The notes beneath the pieces are model-generated. The model saw nothing but the letters and a program-made list of their open reading frames with translations, searched no databases and was not told the origin of the DNA. A DNA stretch of 64,000 bases from Catajapyx aquilonaris (Eukaryota), in contig JYFJ02000418.1 of NCBI GenBank assembly GCA_000934665.2, positions 1 to 64,000 of the forward strand, written 5' to 3'. Of the stretch, positions 13,983 to 28,900 are shown one piece after another. Positions within the stretch are counted from its first letter, which is position 1. Each line of letters opens with the position of its first letter. A program made the translations under genes and the position numbers.

Positions 13983-16900
13983 CCTCTCTACCTCCCTTTC
14001 CCCCAAAGGCCGACACCAAATACCGGTGTGCTCGCCTCAATGCAGGCAACATTCCATTAGTACCTTATAATACTTTGAGGCTGCCAGGCTGTGCGCTTTG
14101 GAATTAGATTTGGTATCTTTGCCCTGCAATTCAATTTCGGGCGATATGCTTCCTGGTCTCAGAGACGGGTAACTCGATTATGAAACTCATCAACGTATAG
14201 CTTAGGTTCTCTGAAGCTAATCTTCTTGTGTAATCCGTTTTCTGACCGTTTGAAAAGGCTTTCCAGTAAATTCTTCTACTTACTAAAATGTGAGAGTGCA
14301 TTTACTACAACTCTATAGCTGTAGAATCTGGCCATTTGCACTAACAATAGAGATGAAATAATTATGATAAAAAGTGTGACGTACAATGGCCCCAAATATT
14401 TTTAAAGCATTTTAAGAATGGGGACACACTTGCAATTTAAAGTGAAGACAATGTCGCATTCCAGGCACAATCTGATTTAATTTTGTGTCCGGATTCGGGC
14501 GTTATAGACCCTATAGATATACTGTACGTGATTTTGGGTCAGTCGTCTCTCGGTTTTTTTAAGCTAGCCAACAAAAAAGGTGACTCCACCAGGACATTAT
14601 TAATTCCGCAAGACGGAAGGGACAGGAGACGCCAATAAAAACAGGCATTGGTTGGATACTGCCGGAATCATGTTGTGTGAGAAAACATTTCAGTCCATGA
14701 AGCCGGACTTATTGGGTTGACTAAAGGTTTATCTTCGAACCACTGGGGGTAAAGGTAATAAAAGACCACCTCTCTAAATTCAACCCTTCGACCAACAGGA
14801 CTTGACATCATAATAAACTTCTGCGGGCTAGGAAATACAGCCGCAATACAACATTTATATCCATAACTGGAGAGCCAACTGGAGATTAAAGCATTAATAT
14901 GCAACCCCACTTACGAGTAGGCCTACAGGAATATGGACGTCAACAATTCTGGAAGAGTTTTGGTAATGCGCTGCAGACTGATACATAATGCAAGCGAGGT
15001 TTAAACGTCAACTTGAGTTGAGGAAACGCAGCTTTAAGTCCATACAAAACTGAGTACTGCCCAGAAATGCTTATCCCCTCAGAGTCTAATGGAAGTAAAA
15101 CTAAATTGGTATGACTTTTTCTGACTGTTGAGATGCCAATATAGAGAGCAGCAGTAGTCTGATGGCCAATTTTGCCATTTCTTTCTCCTGGCCCGAGCGG
15201 AACTCATCAAGAAAGGCCTTCCAATTATCGCCCACTAACCCTGCAGCCCACGGAACCAATTACACGCCTAGATTGATTTCTCCTTGATAGACAAATAGAA
15301 GAACTGCCTTTCCCCGTGCCAGGACTATAACGGATAGATAGACAGATAGATGCCTGACGAGCAACTCAGTCGTCATGGAAGAAGTCCTGATCAATTAGCG
15401 TAATCCCCAGCCTGATTGTTTTCAAGCTCATTCCAGGAAGAGATATTGACTTATTATCTTCTAGAACAGACTGGATTTCTACACCTTTTTTGAGAATAGC
15501 AGTGCAATCTTTCCGACAGATCGAACAGAATACTCTTGGCAAAGACTACATCCCCTGAGGAATGCCAGCGCTCTTCTTTTTTATGTTTCCTGAAAGCAAA
15601 CATATGGCGGCGTGCAACAAAACCCTGCAAATTATGACCACTTTTTTGCCCCCACAATTTTTAACCACCTAGTGGCAAACAGGGATTTCACATTTGAATT
15701 CAGAGCATGCATCGCGAATTTGGGTTCTGTATTGACAATGCCCACCACACAATAGGCAGCACGTGAGCACGAATGAGTTAGAATAATGAATTAGGTCACG
15801 AGTGACATTTTTTTTTGTCGATAAGCCTCATTATTATGAATAGTTGCAATTATGAAGTCCCATCAAGCTATTAATTAACTGACCCGAGAGATTTTCACGC
15901 TCAAACATCTCACGACTTTATTCTGCAGCACAAGAGATAATAATTTCCATAAAACTGCGGTGGATTCACCTTGCCATGAATCTATTTCGCTAATGGCAGA
16001 TAATGGATGGAGGAATAGTGTTACCAATCCTGTCCTCATTCGCTCTTCACTTTTAGTGCGCCAGATGCAAACACACGGTTAGGAATTTCAAGTGGCGTGG
16101 TGCTTTTGCCTATATACTCGCCGTCGCTGCATAAATCCATTGAAAAGAAGCTTTGGAGATGCGACAGAGAAGTGGTCGGAGATCCAACCGTGGCGATAGG
16201 AAAACCTTGGCCAGTATAAGCAGGATATGAGATAGAAAAAAATTTTATGAGAAGAAAAATCCTGGGGACTTATATTTGACTTCTTCTATGTGGATTTTTC
16301 CTAAAGTCTCTCTGATTCCTTTCATGGATGGTCCTCATATTAGACCATCAACCGGCGTTTGATTCAAGATCTCCGGTATATTTTTGAGAATGAACAAAGA
16401 CGGTGGTGATGTGGACTCTTGGGAGTCATTAAATTTTTTTCCCCCCAAACGGCATGGTGGATGATGGTGGAGGATCACACTTCTACCTCAAAAAATGAGA
16501 AAATATCAATCTCAAGTTGATTACAGATTCAGTGCATGCACATTAAAATTTAACAACTGTCGTGATTAAAGATAATATTGAAACAGTGCTTTCAGACCAG
16601 TGAGTAAAACTCATTTCATATTTTTTTGTAAAATTAGGTTGGAATCCAAACAAGGTTGTGAAAATAATACTCTCATTGAAAATGTCTTATAACCTTTTTC
16701 TACAGTTAAATATTTTGTGTAATATTTATGAAGCTCAATTATTCCTACTGTCCTCCTAATAATCAGAGGTGGCACAAAATATATCAAAATAGTGCCTTTT
16801 TCTCATACAAGGTTTGTTATACACCCTTTGGGCCATGTCTGTGGTTCATATTTTAAATTGAAATATGGCATCACGCTATCATACACTGAATGAGTCCTTG

Positions 16901-19900
16901 CCAAGTATAATCCATTTCAAGTACTAGATTATTTTAATATGGCTAGTACAGAAATCTCCACACCAGAGGAAATCACGGCTAATACCGGGAAGGGCACTAG
17001 ACCCCAATATTACGAGCCACATTTTGCACGGAACATATGCCAAAAATTAATTTTGAAAAATTCTGACTCACAACACATGCACGGGTATGGAGCACCATGA
17101 ATTTTTCAGCAATGCTTCACTATGCGATCGCAGTGAAAAAAAAATTAAATCAGGTAATCGATTATACCTTGCCCGATTCTTGCGTACAGCCGTCGCCACA
17201 TTTACGCCAAGTTTTCACTACCAGTTAGTTTACTATCTCTACGTGTCGTAAGGTTACGACAGTCATTGTATTCGGCAGATATTAAAATGCAGGAGCACGA
17301 TCCTTCAGGGGGCCAGAAAGAGTTGGGTCTGTTCTACGCCAGAAACTCACTCAGTCGATAACGGAAGACTTGAACATTTTCGTGCCACTTCCCTTGTATA
17401 ATGAGACAAAAGCGCGGGGTAAGAGCCATAATTTAATGGTACTATTTGAGACAAGGTTCTATTCGTAAGGGTAACCTTTTTTTAAAAACCATCATTTCGA
17501 CCACTTTTCCTAGCCTTGTTTTCTATAGGTATATGATGTGAATATCTGCTAGATCCGCCTATCGATTCAGCCTAATGATTGGAGGAAGGTTTTTGGCGAC
17601 TGAAAATCTAATGATGCCTGCAGATGCTCGTTTCCCTAGTCTCCATTGCAGCCCCTGGGGCTCCTTCTACTCCAGAATGCAAGTGAGCTCGATTTTATGT
17701 GATTTTTTCCTCCCTTGCCAATTCGTCCGGGGAAAAGCGGAGCTATCGGATTAAATAAACAATTGGTCTGCAAGTTGCATCCGCGCGCAATTACGCCGCT
17801 TAAATCTCCTTGCGTGATTACATCTTTAATTAGCCGCAACAGTGTTTTAGTCACGTGGCGGGGCTGGGTAATTCCGTCCCTGGCAAGGACTATAGCATCC
17901 ATCCATATGCACAATAGCTGGGCCACATCCATTACTGCCTGGCTCAAATCCCTGGGAAATGCGACCAGACTAGTGCACTATATTGATCTACGCCGGTATC
18001 AAAACTACTTAGTCTCATCGAGTCCCCAGGATTCTCCATTACGCATTAGAACAGTTTCCGGACTGGAAATGTGCTTGCTTCAGTGCAGACGAACAATGCA
18101 CTCCAAACTGAACCGCCAGATTTAATGCGTCGGCTTCACTCAACTTCCTACGTTACCTGCACTGCATGTACAATACTGCAGGCGGTCCAGTTCGCAATAT
18201 ACAGTATATACCTCACATTCTGTCAATGGGTTAGCAAATAAGAGTTGCGGTTGTAGAATAGCCGCTCGCTGAATGCAGATATTCTCGCTGCACCGAAAGT
18301 GTATGTACCCGCTTCGTAATTAGCAGTGAACATATGAGAAAATTCATGCATGTGTCCATCAAAGGCAATGCTGAATAAAGGCGACATTCAGCTGCAGAAC
18401 CAATAAAAAGTTTAGTCATGAACAAGTAGTGGGAGAAAAGTTTAAAAACTCTGAAATCAACAAAGCACGCGACATTCAAAATATTCGGAAGGGTCAGCTG
18501 CTATGCGTCAACATAATAGCACTTTATGCCTGGACCATCTGATATCAACAAAGCACAGTATGAGATTCCAGCCCCGCCCATTGTTTCGCTCCTTCCCTGC
18601 ATGCAGTACTTCACATTGCATCTTGTCTCGGGATGAGAAACAACCTCTATACATGCAACGGGAATTTTCAGAATGGGCGAGGAAGGTTTTAACTTTTACC
18701 CAGACTAGAAGCAGCAGCATTTTTTTATATATCATTTTTACTTTCCAGCAAGAGGCATGAGAGTCGACAACCATGATTTATCCCTCCCTGCTGGACAGGG
18801 AGAAAAAAAGGCTATCATCTGCACGAGAGCGATGCATTATAGTCCTTCTCCAATAGTCTATGCCAGTGGAGCTAGCTTTTTGGTCGCAACGCAACTAGTG
18901 CGTTTGGCACCGTCGTCAATCTTGTCTCGATTGTAGTTTCCACCATTCATTTTTCATCACTTGGAATCGAATCGTCATGAGCTGTGGTGCTTGGAAAAAA
19001 AAGAAACCGAGATTACAAGTATTTCACCTCGATGTATTGTTATCTCCCACAATAAATTACTTCCGTATCACTTTTTTCTTCTCTGGAAAAGAACTTAATT
19101 GTGTTGAGGACACCAAACAGTTCCCAATGGCAGTTTGTTAGCTCTCCGAGTTAAGTCTTTGATAGTATCTGCGGCTTGGTGATGCTCAGGGCTTCATGTT
19201 TACGGATTTAGCGAATTCAAAGGAAACTCAATATTACAGAGGGACTAGTACAGTGTCCCTGAATCCCTTTGTCCCAAAAGGAGAAATCCCAGATTGTAGC
19301 TATAATTAATTGGAAGCTTTCTGATTCTCCATCTGGCTTTATCCAGACTCCAATATTATTTGGGGTCATTCGCTGTGTGCGAAGCCTCCAAAAATCCGAG
19401 CATCAAAAGGACCTTTCGTGGTTTTGCCTGGAGGACATATGGCCAGTTTTTTTATACTTCTATATTTTTCACATCCAATCGGCGGAAGTAAACCTGCCGA
19501 GTAGTAAGCCTCCATCGAAATGGTTCCAATTTCCATAATTTTGTTTGGATTAATCTTTCCTGGGGGAGGTCTCGCTCTCGGCGTTTTGGTGTCGCGTTTT
19601 TGGTGCGAGAATATTCATCCGGGGGGTTTCCCCCCCCACGATTTGCAATTTTAATGTGGAGATAATTCAACGGACTTGCACGAAATGGTGTGGTTCCATT
19701 ACATATTTTTTGCGTCGCCTTGCTAACAAATCAAGGTTGGGTTCCTGCACAACTGCTGCTGAGTAATGAATTTGAAAGTTGATAATCAGAGCAATAAAAC
19801 TTTTCTAGCTTTCTACCCTCCCTAAAGTAAAGTAATTCAGCGGCTAACCGAAACTCTAAGGCTATTTTTTGTTGTTCTCCCAGTTCAATCCGAGTAATTG

Positions 19901-21172
19901 CAGTGTACTGCCTGCAAGCGAAATTACAGAAGTTAAATAATTCAAGCTGTGTGTTTTTTACACTGCACAACCTCAACCCAATGTAGCTCGCAGAATAAAT
20001 ATATATCAAACTCCCTAGGTGCATTTTTTGCACATTAAGACACCCTGCTTCTCCACAGCCAACATCACACTCTCGGGGCGCATGTTCACACACTATCACT
20101 CATACTAGTCACTGATATACTGCGTGCGACGCTTCCTGACCATATGCTATACTCCATCTTGCCTCGCAGTTAAAGTGAAACAAGTCGAGTGCATTATAGG
20201 AAAAAATGCAGGTTGCCGCAGCAGTGCGGCAAAACTCATTCCCTGCTTTATCCCCTAAAATTTTCCTACCGCCATAAACTGTGGCCTCAACATGACCCTA
20301 AGGGCTCATGAACCAGAACGTGACATATGTTCGCGAAATTACTACCAGCTACAGTAAATAACCACACGGTAGACTGGTCCAGGTACAGTTTGGGACAATG
20401 CAGCTGGAAAATATAGAATTTTTAAATAAAAATACCTGGGCTGATGCTTCGGGCTGTAACAGTTAAGTAATCATTTGGTCGGATTGCACTATGGGCATTT
20501 CAGCTAATTTTTTTGTTTGGTTTTTTGGGCCTTCAACCGCAGCATCCATCAACTGCAAAAAGTGCGTGAATTATATTGCATTATACTTGGCATAATATGA
20601 GCTGCAGTGAGATAAATGGAACCGGGGACCCCGGAATTGCCTCATTAATGTCGCAACTTGAAGTGCACAAAGAGTGTTGCTGTAAATATTCCTCGGTGGT
20701 TTGCTGTTGAGAGTAGGAAGGATGTCGCTTGTTGTCCTCGCGTCCCTCTCTCAACCCTTTTCCGGACACACCAACAATACAACTCATAGGAAAAGAAAAG
20801 AAAGAAAATTCTTTCCCACATTTCACGTGCAGATGCACAGGCGTCCTTATAAGCGCCTTACATCAAGCTTCTTCCTTTCCACCGACTTGCTCTTCAAAAA
20901 TGATCCGTCTTAACAAGCACACGTTTTTTTTACCCGCCCTCTGAATGTATAGGTCCACCACTTTTCAAAAACCTCGCGAGTTATAGTTTTTTCCGCTTAT
21001 TTCCTTCCGGACAGGTACAGGAAGCTTAATTTTTTTTATAAAAAATGAGAAGATGAAAGTATTGGTAAAGTGCTCAAGATTGTAGAACACGAGTCTAAGT
21101 AAAAAACGCATGATATCGGAGGCTTTGTACTAACGTCGCATCGACGACAATGAAATTTTAATGGAACGCAGG

Positions 21173-21198
21173 TGGCGTCAGAATCTGGCGTCAGAATC
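21173..21198 (+). repeat. Perfect 13-bp tandem duplication
   Basis: TGGCGTCAGAATC twice in a row. Confidence 0.8.
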
Positions 21199-22885
21199 TT
21201 CTGGCCTAATAAAATATAGGCCTACTTTTCAAGCAGAACAGCCATGAATGATGCTCAGATTTTAGATCCTCATTGAAGGATAAAGCCCATTGCAAAATTA
21301 ATCCCTCAACACGGGTTAAATCCTCAAACAAAAATCGCTAATTTCATTCCCTTCCTAACGAGACCAACTGTCTGCTAATTACCAAAAGTCCAAATTATCA
21401 TATTAGTCATAATCTATAACACAATAGGGCTCAACCATTTGTTCCATTATTCTCAGAGAAATTCTAAGATTCTAGCTCGTTAAGTTGTGCAGCGTTCCAC
21501 TTAACAATGGCCTACAATCAATATTGGTAAACGGTAATAATGAAAACCAGCTGTATATTTGGTGTGTAATAAGGCTGGAAGACATGCAAAAAATTGAATA
21601 AAATAATATTCCTTCCCACACCTTCTTCGTCCATCTTTAAAAAAAACTATAATATGTGCCGTCCTTGGCCTGAGAGACGGATCGCAAACCGGCCGCATTT
21701 TCAGAACCCACGAGACGAGACGGGTTTTAGCAGAGAGGAAAGGCATGGAGGGGGTTGGTTGGGACGAAAAGCCAGGAATTCCTATTTCGGCTGTGAATGC
21801 CCTGTGAGGTATTGGCCTGCTGTTGTGCAGTCGGAAATCCCTCTTGGTTGTGGGTCGAAAAAAACGGGAGAGAAATTTCCTAGAGTAAAGCCCGAGGTAA
21901 AAACCTGGTTTTTTTTATCATGAGTACTGGCCGTGAAATAAGTGTCGTTTTGCTGGACCAAACCATCCGTCTTTTTGGTAATCCGCATTTTCATCTCATG
22001 CCGAAATTTCTCGTCTTTCTAACCTAAGGTGGGAAGAGAATAATTATTGTCACGGTGAAATCTTGCATACGCTTTGCTCTAATTCAGTCTTAATGGGGCG
22101 CAAATTGAGGACTCGTAAATCTCAGCACCAGTGTGGATGTTCCCTCGCTCGATTCAACCAAGACGGGGCTGGCCTAATTAGTTATTCAGTTCCTTAGCTG
22201 CGGTATCTAAAGGGCGACCAAGGCGAGAGACAAGTATTTACAAATTTTATGCTGTGCGTAAACACTGCCGCTTTCCTGCCACATCATGAGGAGGCTGGAT
22301 TAAGCTTAATAAACAGTTGGGTTCGATTATTCGGAAGTGTAGAGGCCTACTCTAAACACAGGCTCGCATCTATTAAAATTTATAATCAATGCTGCTAGTA
22401 GATGCTAAAAATATTTTTAAGCAACTGTTAGGAAGTAAGGGCTTGCAAAAAATACCCATTCAATATTAGTGGAGAACGCACTATTTTGCAATGGCTGTGA
22501 TACCTCAACTCCTTTAGTTTTTTAATGAGTATTGAATGATCCCATTTCAGTAGTTTCTTCCGGGAATGGGCTTCAAAAAGTTGACAGATGCTGTCATTAA
22601 TTTGGACTTGGCAATCTAATAATGCTGGACATTCAAATATTGTCAGAAGAGAAATTATGGCGCTGCACGTGCTGCTGGCCTGCAAAAATTCATTACGCGT
22701 GTTCAGAGCAATTTAGCCAATAAAGGAAGAAAAATTCATATGGCACTAATTGCATTAGTTGCGACGTGGATTAGTCGGACTCGCAATAAATGCAGGTGCT
22801 ACAGCAGAGTCCATGTTAATGTGAAGGCCATAATATGCATAATCGATAAGGCATGGTCCCATCTAACTTATTATAAACACAACAC

Positions 22886-22887
<2 letters not shown>

Positions 22888-22941
<54 letters not shown>
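22888..22941 (+). repeat. (TTA)18 microsatellite
   Basis: Perfect trinucleotide run; explains the poly-Ile ORF 22740..22991. Confidence 0.97.
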
Positions 22942-22943
<2 letters not shown>

Positions 22944-25900
22944 CAAGTAAGAAGAGCAGTTTCTCAGTCATTATCTTCTGCATCACTTTAGGAAAATGAT
23001 TTCCGTATTAGACTGGGGATCACACGTCATCGTTCCTTTAAGGAACAGCTGGCTTACACCAGCTTAATCCTAGCTGCTGCATTTAAATAATAATGTCAAT
23101 CAACAGCCTTTGTTCTCTCCTGTAATGTAATTTTGATTAGAATGATTAAGCTCCAGGGCTGTGTAATTTTTATGCAACCATTCTCCTAACTATCGTGTAT
23201 GCTATAAAATGCATTATTTTTATAAAAAATTCTGTTAACCTGCCGGTTTTAGTTTTAATTTTTTGGAATGAAATATGAAAAGACCAAAAAACCAGCCGCT
23301 ATTTGAATAATAAAAAAAATGAAACACCACCTGGCACATCGCATCATAGTTCCCGCCAACTGAACAGAATATAAAAATCAAGGCAGAATTGCTTGCCTTT
23401 AGAAAACGTCATAAATAGAACCTCCCTCAAATCCACATCCCCAGCAATGAATTCATGCCCACTGCCGCACTGTACAGTGTATTTGCAGGCCTATCCCCAT
23501 GTTAATATTTCAGCAACTAATGTTGTCATTGTATATTTAAACATAAGCTCTACCCACAGTAATAAAATCCGGCTTTTGTCCTGCCAAAGTCAACGTAAAT
23601 ATTCAAGTCGTCCCTACAGCGATGCACTGCGCAGCGTTCCACAAATAACAAAAACCACATTGTCATATTATCCGGACCTTCAAAAAAAATTGTCTGCTCT
23701 CTAAAACCCGTATTTGCCTGGTCCCCCTCCCTTTATGATGTCAAATTAATAAATAAGGTCCACAGCACGGCTTGCTACTACTACACGCCCCAGCTCTTTT
23801 GTTTGCAAGTTTAACGGAATATCAGGGCCGCTGCAGCAGTGTAGGTTTTTGGAGGCCATAACAACAACTCTCTGCATTGTAAGCCTCCCGGAATCGTCCG
23901 CGCATTGGAGATCCCGAAGAGCCTCAATTTCTAAACCGCCCTGCACAATATGGCTATAGAGCCTTCCAGGCCTCATAAGTTGTGCTGCATAATTGGTGCG
24001 GGAGCCCTCCAACCTTACTCGATGGGGATTACACGTGGGAAAATGGAGTTCTGCAGGACAGGGCTGCACGTTGTACAATTTTTAAGGAGATGGATGTATG
24101 CAAAAACTACACTTCAAAATATTCTCCTTCTAGGCGCCAAATCATGTAAATTTGTGTACACTTCAAAATATTTAAAAAATGGCAGATTCCCAAGATGATC
24201 AGTTCACAGTTTGACTACCTAAGGGAGTCAGATGACCACCCCCCATTTTTCTGTACAAGATGCGCAGACTCGCTCACGTGGTGACAGCACCTGGTTGAAA
24301 GCACATCCAATATAATACATCTCCTAAAAAGAGAGTCTTAGCAGCTTCTCCACGACCGTCTCCAATTTCCTGAGAGCCTTTTTTCTGGAGAAAGAAAAGG
24401 CGAGGCAGCCTCGCCTTTTGTTTTCCGTCCATCCATCACCCTCCTGGTAGTGTATGTGCCAGGACTTGCCTTCTGGAGCTGGATTCCGACCTCTTTCATT
24501 TTCCATCAGGAAAAGGCAAGGCCCGGCTTCCGCCACAGTCATCAGGAGACCCATGAACTTGATTATGGCAGCCAGGAGCCCCTACGCAGACAACGGCCAT
24601 TTAAGGCCTGATTGTTCCATCCCTACGAGGACTCCCAGAGAATTTATTAAAGGAGGAAATTACGGTGCTTTTTGGCCAGTTGGCGGACACAGTCTCGGCG
24701 ATATGCTTGCACCAACCGTGTCTGACGAGATATGAAGGTAGCTTGAGGAGTAAAAAAGTGTTGTGGCCTGGTTGGCTATCTACACCGTGAGCCAACAGGC
24801 GGCCTTAATGGACAGTGCACTAGAGACCACTTTGCTCCTCTATTTGGAGCCTGGTTCTGCAGCCTAGCCGACCCTTCATCTTGCCTGGCCCTCCCAAGTG
24901 CTTCTTCCGCATTCGAGATCTGTCTAATGAGAAGCCTTAATGGTACGTGCTCCTCAACACCTTATTAATTATTTTCTCCATGTACACAATTACTACCCAT
25001 GTGACACACTGATTTTTTCTTCAATCATAGGACACATGCGCAAGAACAATATCGGGGGGGGGTTCCTTTTTCCAGATAAGCCTCGAAGCATTTCGACCTG
25101 TTTACAAAGCTGAGAGCTTAGCCGGCTTCATTGAGGGTTCGTTGGAGTGTGCGGGGAAGGATGCGAAACTCGTTTTGCTTTTGCAAGGCCTGTCTGTTGC
25201 AAGACCTCTGGCTGGCTGCAGGGTACCCCCAGGAGAAGCAGGGCTCTTCTTTTGCAGGGGGGAGAACCAGAAGGAAGTCCTCTTGAAAGCTCTCCCGGCA
25301 AATGTCGGCAGGGGAGAAACCTCTCTCGCTCTGTGCTTTAGCTTTTCCACCAGCAAAGTCCAGGTTTCTGCAGTGGTGAAAAGTATAAATCTTCTTCCGT
25401 CAGCTGGTGAGGACTTGGAAGCAACCAGATAAGACTCGGGGATGCTCCTCCCAAAAGAACTTTTGCTGCATAAATAATCAATGGCCATCAGACATGGCAA
25501 CTCGATAACTGGGGGACGCCCCCTAAAGTGGCCGAGAGATGATGAAGAATCTTTGAGTAGTTTTTTACTCCAAAAAAAACCAACTCGAGCAGGAAAATTC
25601 GTGGTCAGAAAATCTTATCTGGCAGATAAAAAGCAGGGAGAATTATTTTTTTTGAACTCGGAAGGAGTTTCTCTTTGCAAGTTGATCTGGTAGCGAAAGG
25701 AACAGCTACGGGATATTCCGAGCATGCATGCTGATTTGGCGGAAACGGAGCGAAAATGACCAAGGGAAGGGGGTGTGGGTGATGGTGAAGGCTTCACGGA
25801 ATTCTCGATAAGTTGGTCCCTAAATGCCTGATGGGAATTAAGCGTCGGCGGACAAGCAGCTAAAGGAACTTGCCGCCTTGTCCTCTTTCGATTGCTCAGC

Positions 25901-28900
25901 ACGTAAAACTTTTCCTCGGCTGCAGGATTCGCGCTGCTAAAGAACTCCGGCTGCTGCTGGGATATTTCTTCCACTCTAAAACACACCGGAGAGACCTACT
26001 TTCTGCTGCTTTACTTCAAAGTCTCTCGTAATACGGAGAGATTAGGGTGAAGTATCAGGCGCGTGTACTACAATTTCAAGATAAGTCCTTCAACTTTTCA
26101 CTTACATATATATTTACCTGGAGGTTCACAACATGCATTGGATTAGAGTCAAGCACTGTACAAGGTTGAGCACAGATGAGAGCTTGGATAGAAAAATTTG
26201 ATCTGTGGTTTCTCTATCCTTGCCTTCAGACAACAATGGTTATCCACATTATGCACAGTACATGCCGGATACTGTAACCCGCATATACTCGATAAAGCAG
26301 CGTACTGTAGTAAATTCAAGTGAAAAGAAAGCTGAAGTGTTCTTTCTGTTGCCGAAGATTGGCCCGGCATTCTTTCACAATTACGGTAACACTCTCTTAA
26401 GACTCATAAGTACCCTTCTCATGACAAGTACTGTAGGTGTGGTTGGTATCAAAACACACTGAAGCAATTTTTTTTCTAAATACTGCACGATTCTGACAAA
26501 TTGTTTACAAGAAATCGTATTCCACCATGCTATTAAGTTACGATTTATATAATATGTGCTGGTGGCCAAAAATGCTATCCCTAAATGCAATATCATGTTA
26601 CAAAAAGAATGTATATTTTACCTGGCCGGCCTAGGACAACATGTATGCTTATGGTGCGTGCTTGCTCATCACATGTGCAGTATGCGATACTGTAATTTGG
26701 CATTTCATCCTGTGTAACACCTAAGTGCCATTTTCAGCAGAGTATTTTGCCACCACAAAATTAGTGTAGACTTAACTCTGTACCACTTCAAAGGCTGCCT
26801 TCTCTTTTTTTTTGTAAAAATGACATGCCTCCTGGGTTAAATGGTGTACAAAGCATCTGTAATCCGCACACATGCTAAAATATTCAACCGCATTAATGTA
26901 CCATGCTGCGTATTAAAATATCTCTCAGTTCTGCATTATTGATGTGATAGTTTCCAATACTCTTCAGGAGCAGCCCACCTTTACAACCAGGTGCAAATGA
27001 AATTATTGAATGCCTCGGCATGCAGTCTTATTCAGCCAACTCGCACATCAAAAGCCGACACCTCCCAAAAAAATTAACACCCCCACAACTTCCCGAACAA
27101 TTTCGATTCACAGGCACGTGTTCCAAGGCAAAGTGAGCCTATAAATTAAGAAGGAAACGTCGCGTCGTAAAGAAGAATATGGCACAGCGCTCCATTCTCC
27201 AGCACATGCTGTGCAACAACTCCTGTAATGAAACGCCAAGACATAAAGAGTTGTTATGGCCAACAGTTCGCCCTCTCTTCAAATTGCCAGCCCATATTTA
27301 CCCATAATATCCGAGTAACTTAAAGTACACTTTACTCTCCACATACGGGTTTGATTCATCTCACAATGTTTGCAGTTGGCCAGTCCGCCGAGGTAGGAAA
27401 AAAATCCGGCCTGATTTCGTATTAATATTTTATAATTCCGTGGTCAAAAACCGGGTCTATCACGTCCGCAGGAATCAGGGCTCGCAATGAAAAAATAACA
27501 GCCCAGTGTAAATGTGAGATTGAGTTCATACACGCGCAGTAGATTATAAAGCCTGCAGCGATTACCTGTGCTCTCCAATGAGGACCGTGCACTATATTCA
27601 GGGCAAGAATGGGGAAACATCATTCAATGAAACAGTGAGCTGGCAGCCATTTGCACTGAAATAACAAACCCCGTGGGGGGAGTCCATAATGAGTTAGTTA
27701 TTTGACGGCCTCGGAACTGAAAAGATTTCATTTCGGTCCATCTATTGTTCTTCTGGCTTCTGGCCACCAGTTTTCAAAGTGCATCCATGGAACAAGAGCT
27801 GCCAGCAGTTAACTGCAGGGCCTTCCAGAGCTAGCCCCCCCCCTTTTTTTTGTTAATTCTTATAAAAACTGGGCTGCAACTGCTTCTAGTAAGTGGATCG
27901 ATATTGGTGGTTTAAGTTGGGCAAAGTTTACTAGCGGTTACAGAGAGAGTTTCCTAACATGCTGAGATAAGCCTGGATGCCCTCAGAGTACGGGCTATAC
28001 TGATCGCCCTTTATCAGAAACCAAGTAAAGCCCGGTCCCACGCACTGCTTTTATTAAAGGTTTATAGTGCAGGCTCTTTTTTTTCTCTCTCTCTCTCTTT
28101 GGGCAAATACGGCAGCGCACATTAATATACGCTGCTAGGCCAAAATGCAGAGAATATTGAGTGTCCATTTTACTGCGCCGTGTGCAAATGTAAGGCAAAT
28201 AAGGTGTTCCGCTATGGACTTTGTTATAGCATTGTACTCAGCAGCAATCATGATGACTGTGCAGCGTAAAATGAAGCTACGATATACATATGGGAGAGAC
28301 AAAAAATATGAGGCAGAGTAGGACAAGCAAAAATGTGAACTTTCACGGAAAAAAACAACAATCCAGTGTTAATGTAGCGATATTTAGTAGTTCTCAAGAG
28401 CATTTCTGCAATTTTACGCGGCATGACCTTACAGATGAACTGGCTTTTCGCAAAAGGCAATGCTTTTTTTTGAAATTCATTGTAATGTTTAGAGTTAGCA
28501 TACAGCATAATTATACAGGTCCAATTTTCTATATATCTGCACGCTATAGAATTCCCAATGCGCAGAACAGTCCTAGCACGTCAACGTCAATCTCCAAATT
28601 GAAAATTCTGATTACGTGCGGGATGAAATTATAGCGGACAAGGATAATGGTGTTATTTCGCGAAAAAGGAGGGCAATCCGCCTTTTGCGCAGTTGCGTAA
28701 ACAGGTGAAGGATAATCCTCCCATCACAGAGACTCGTTGAAAAGCTCTCCGACATTTGTACTGTACGGTTTATCATTTTTACAAAGCACTCCTAATACCG
28801 CACACAACACAAAAAAATTGTTCCGAGAAACCCGCACTTGACATCGTGTTGTTTCACATTCTCAAAAAAAAAAGGCACTCATTGTAAACAGACCTTACCG

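Noticed and set aside
18105..18192. Short inverted repeat as a possible pre-miRNA
   Set aside because: Only ~12 bp pair at the base, the interior does not form a continuous stem, and I recognise no known mature miRNA
22740..22991. ORF with a poly-Ile, membrane-like stretch
   Set aside because: Translation of the (TTA)n microsatellite
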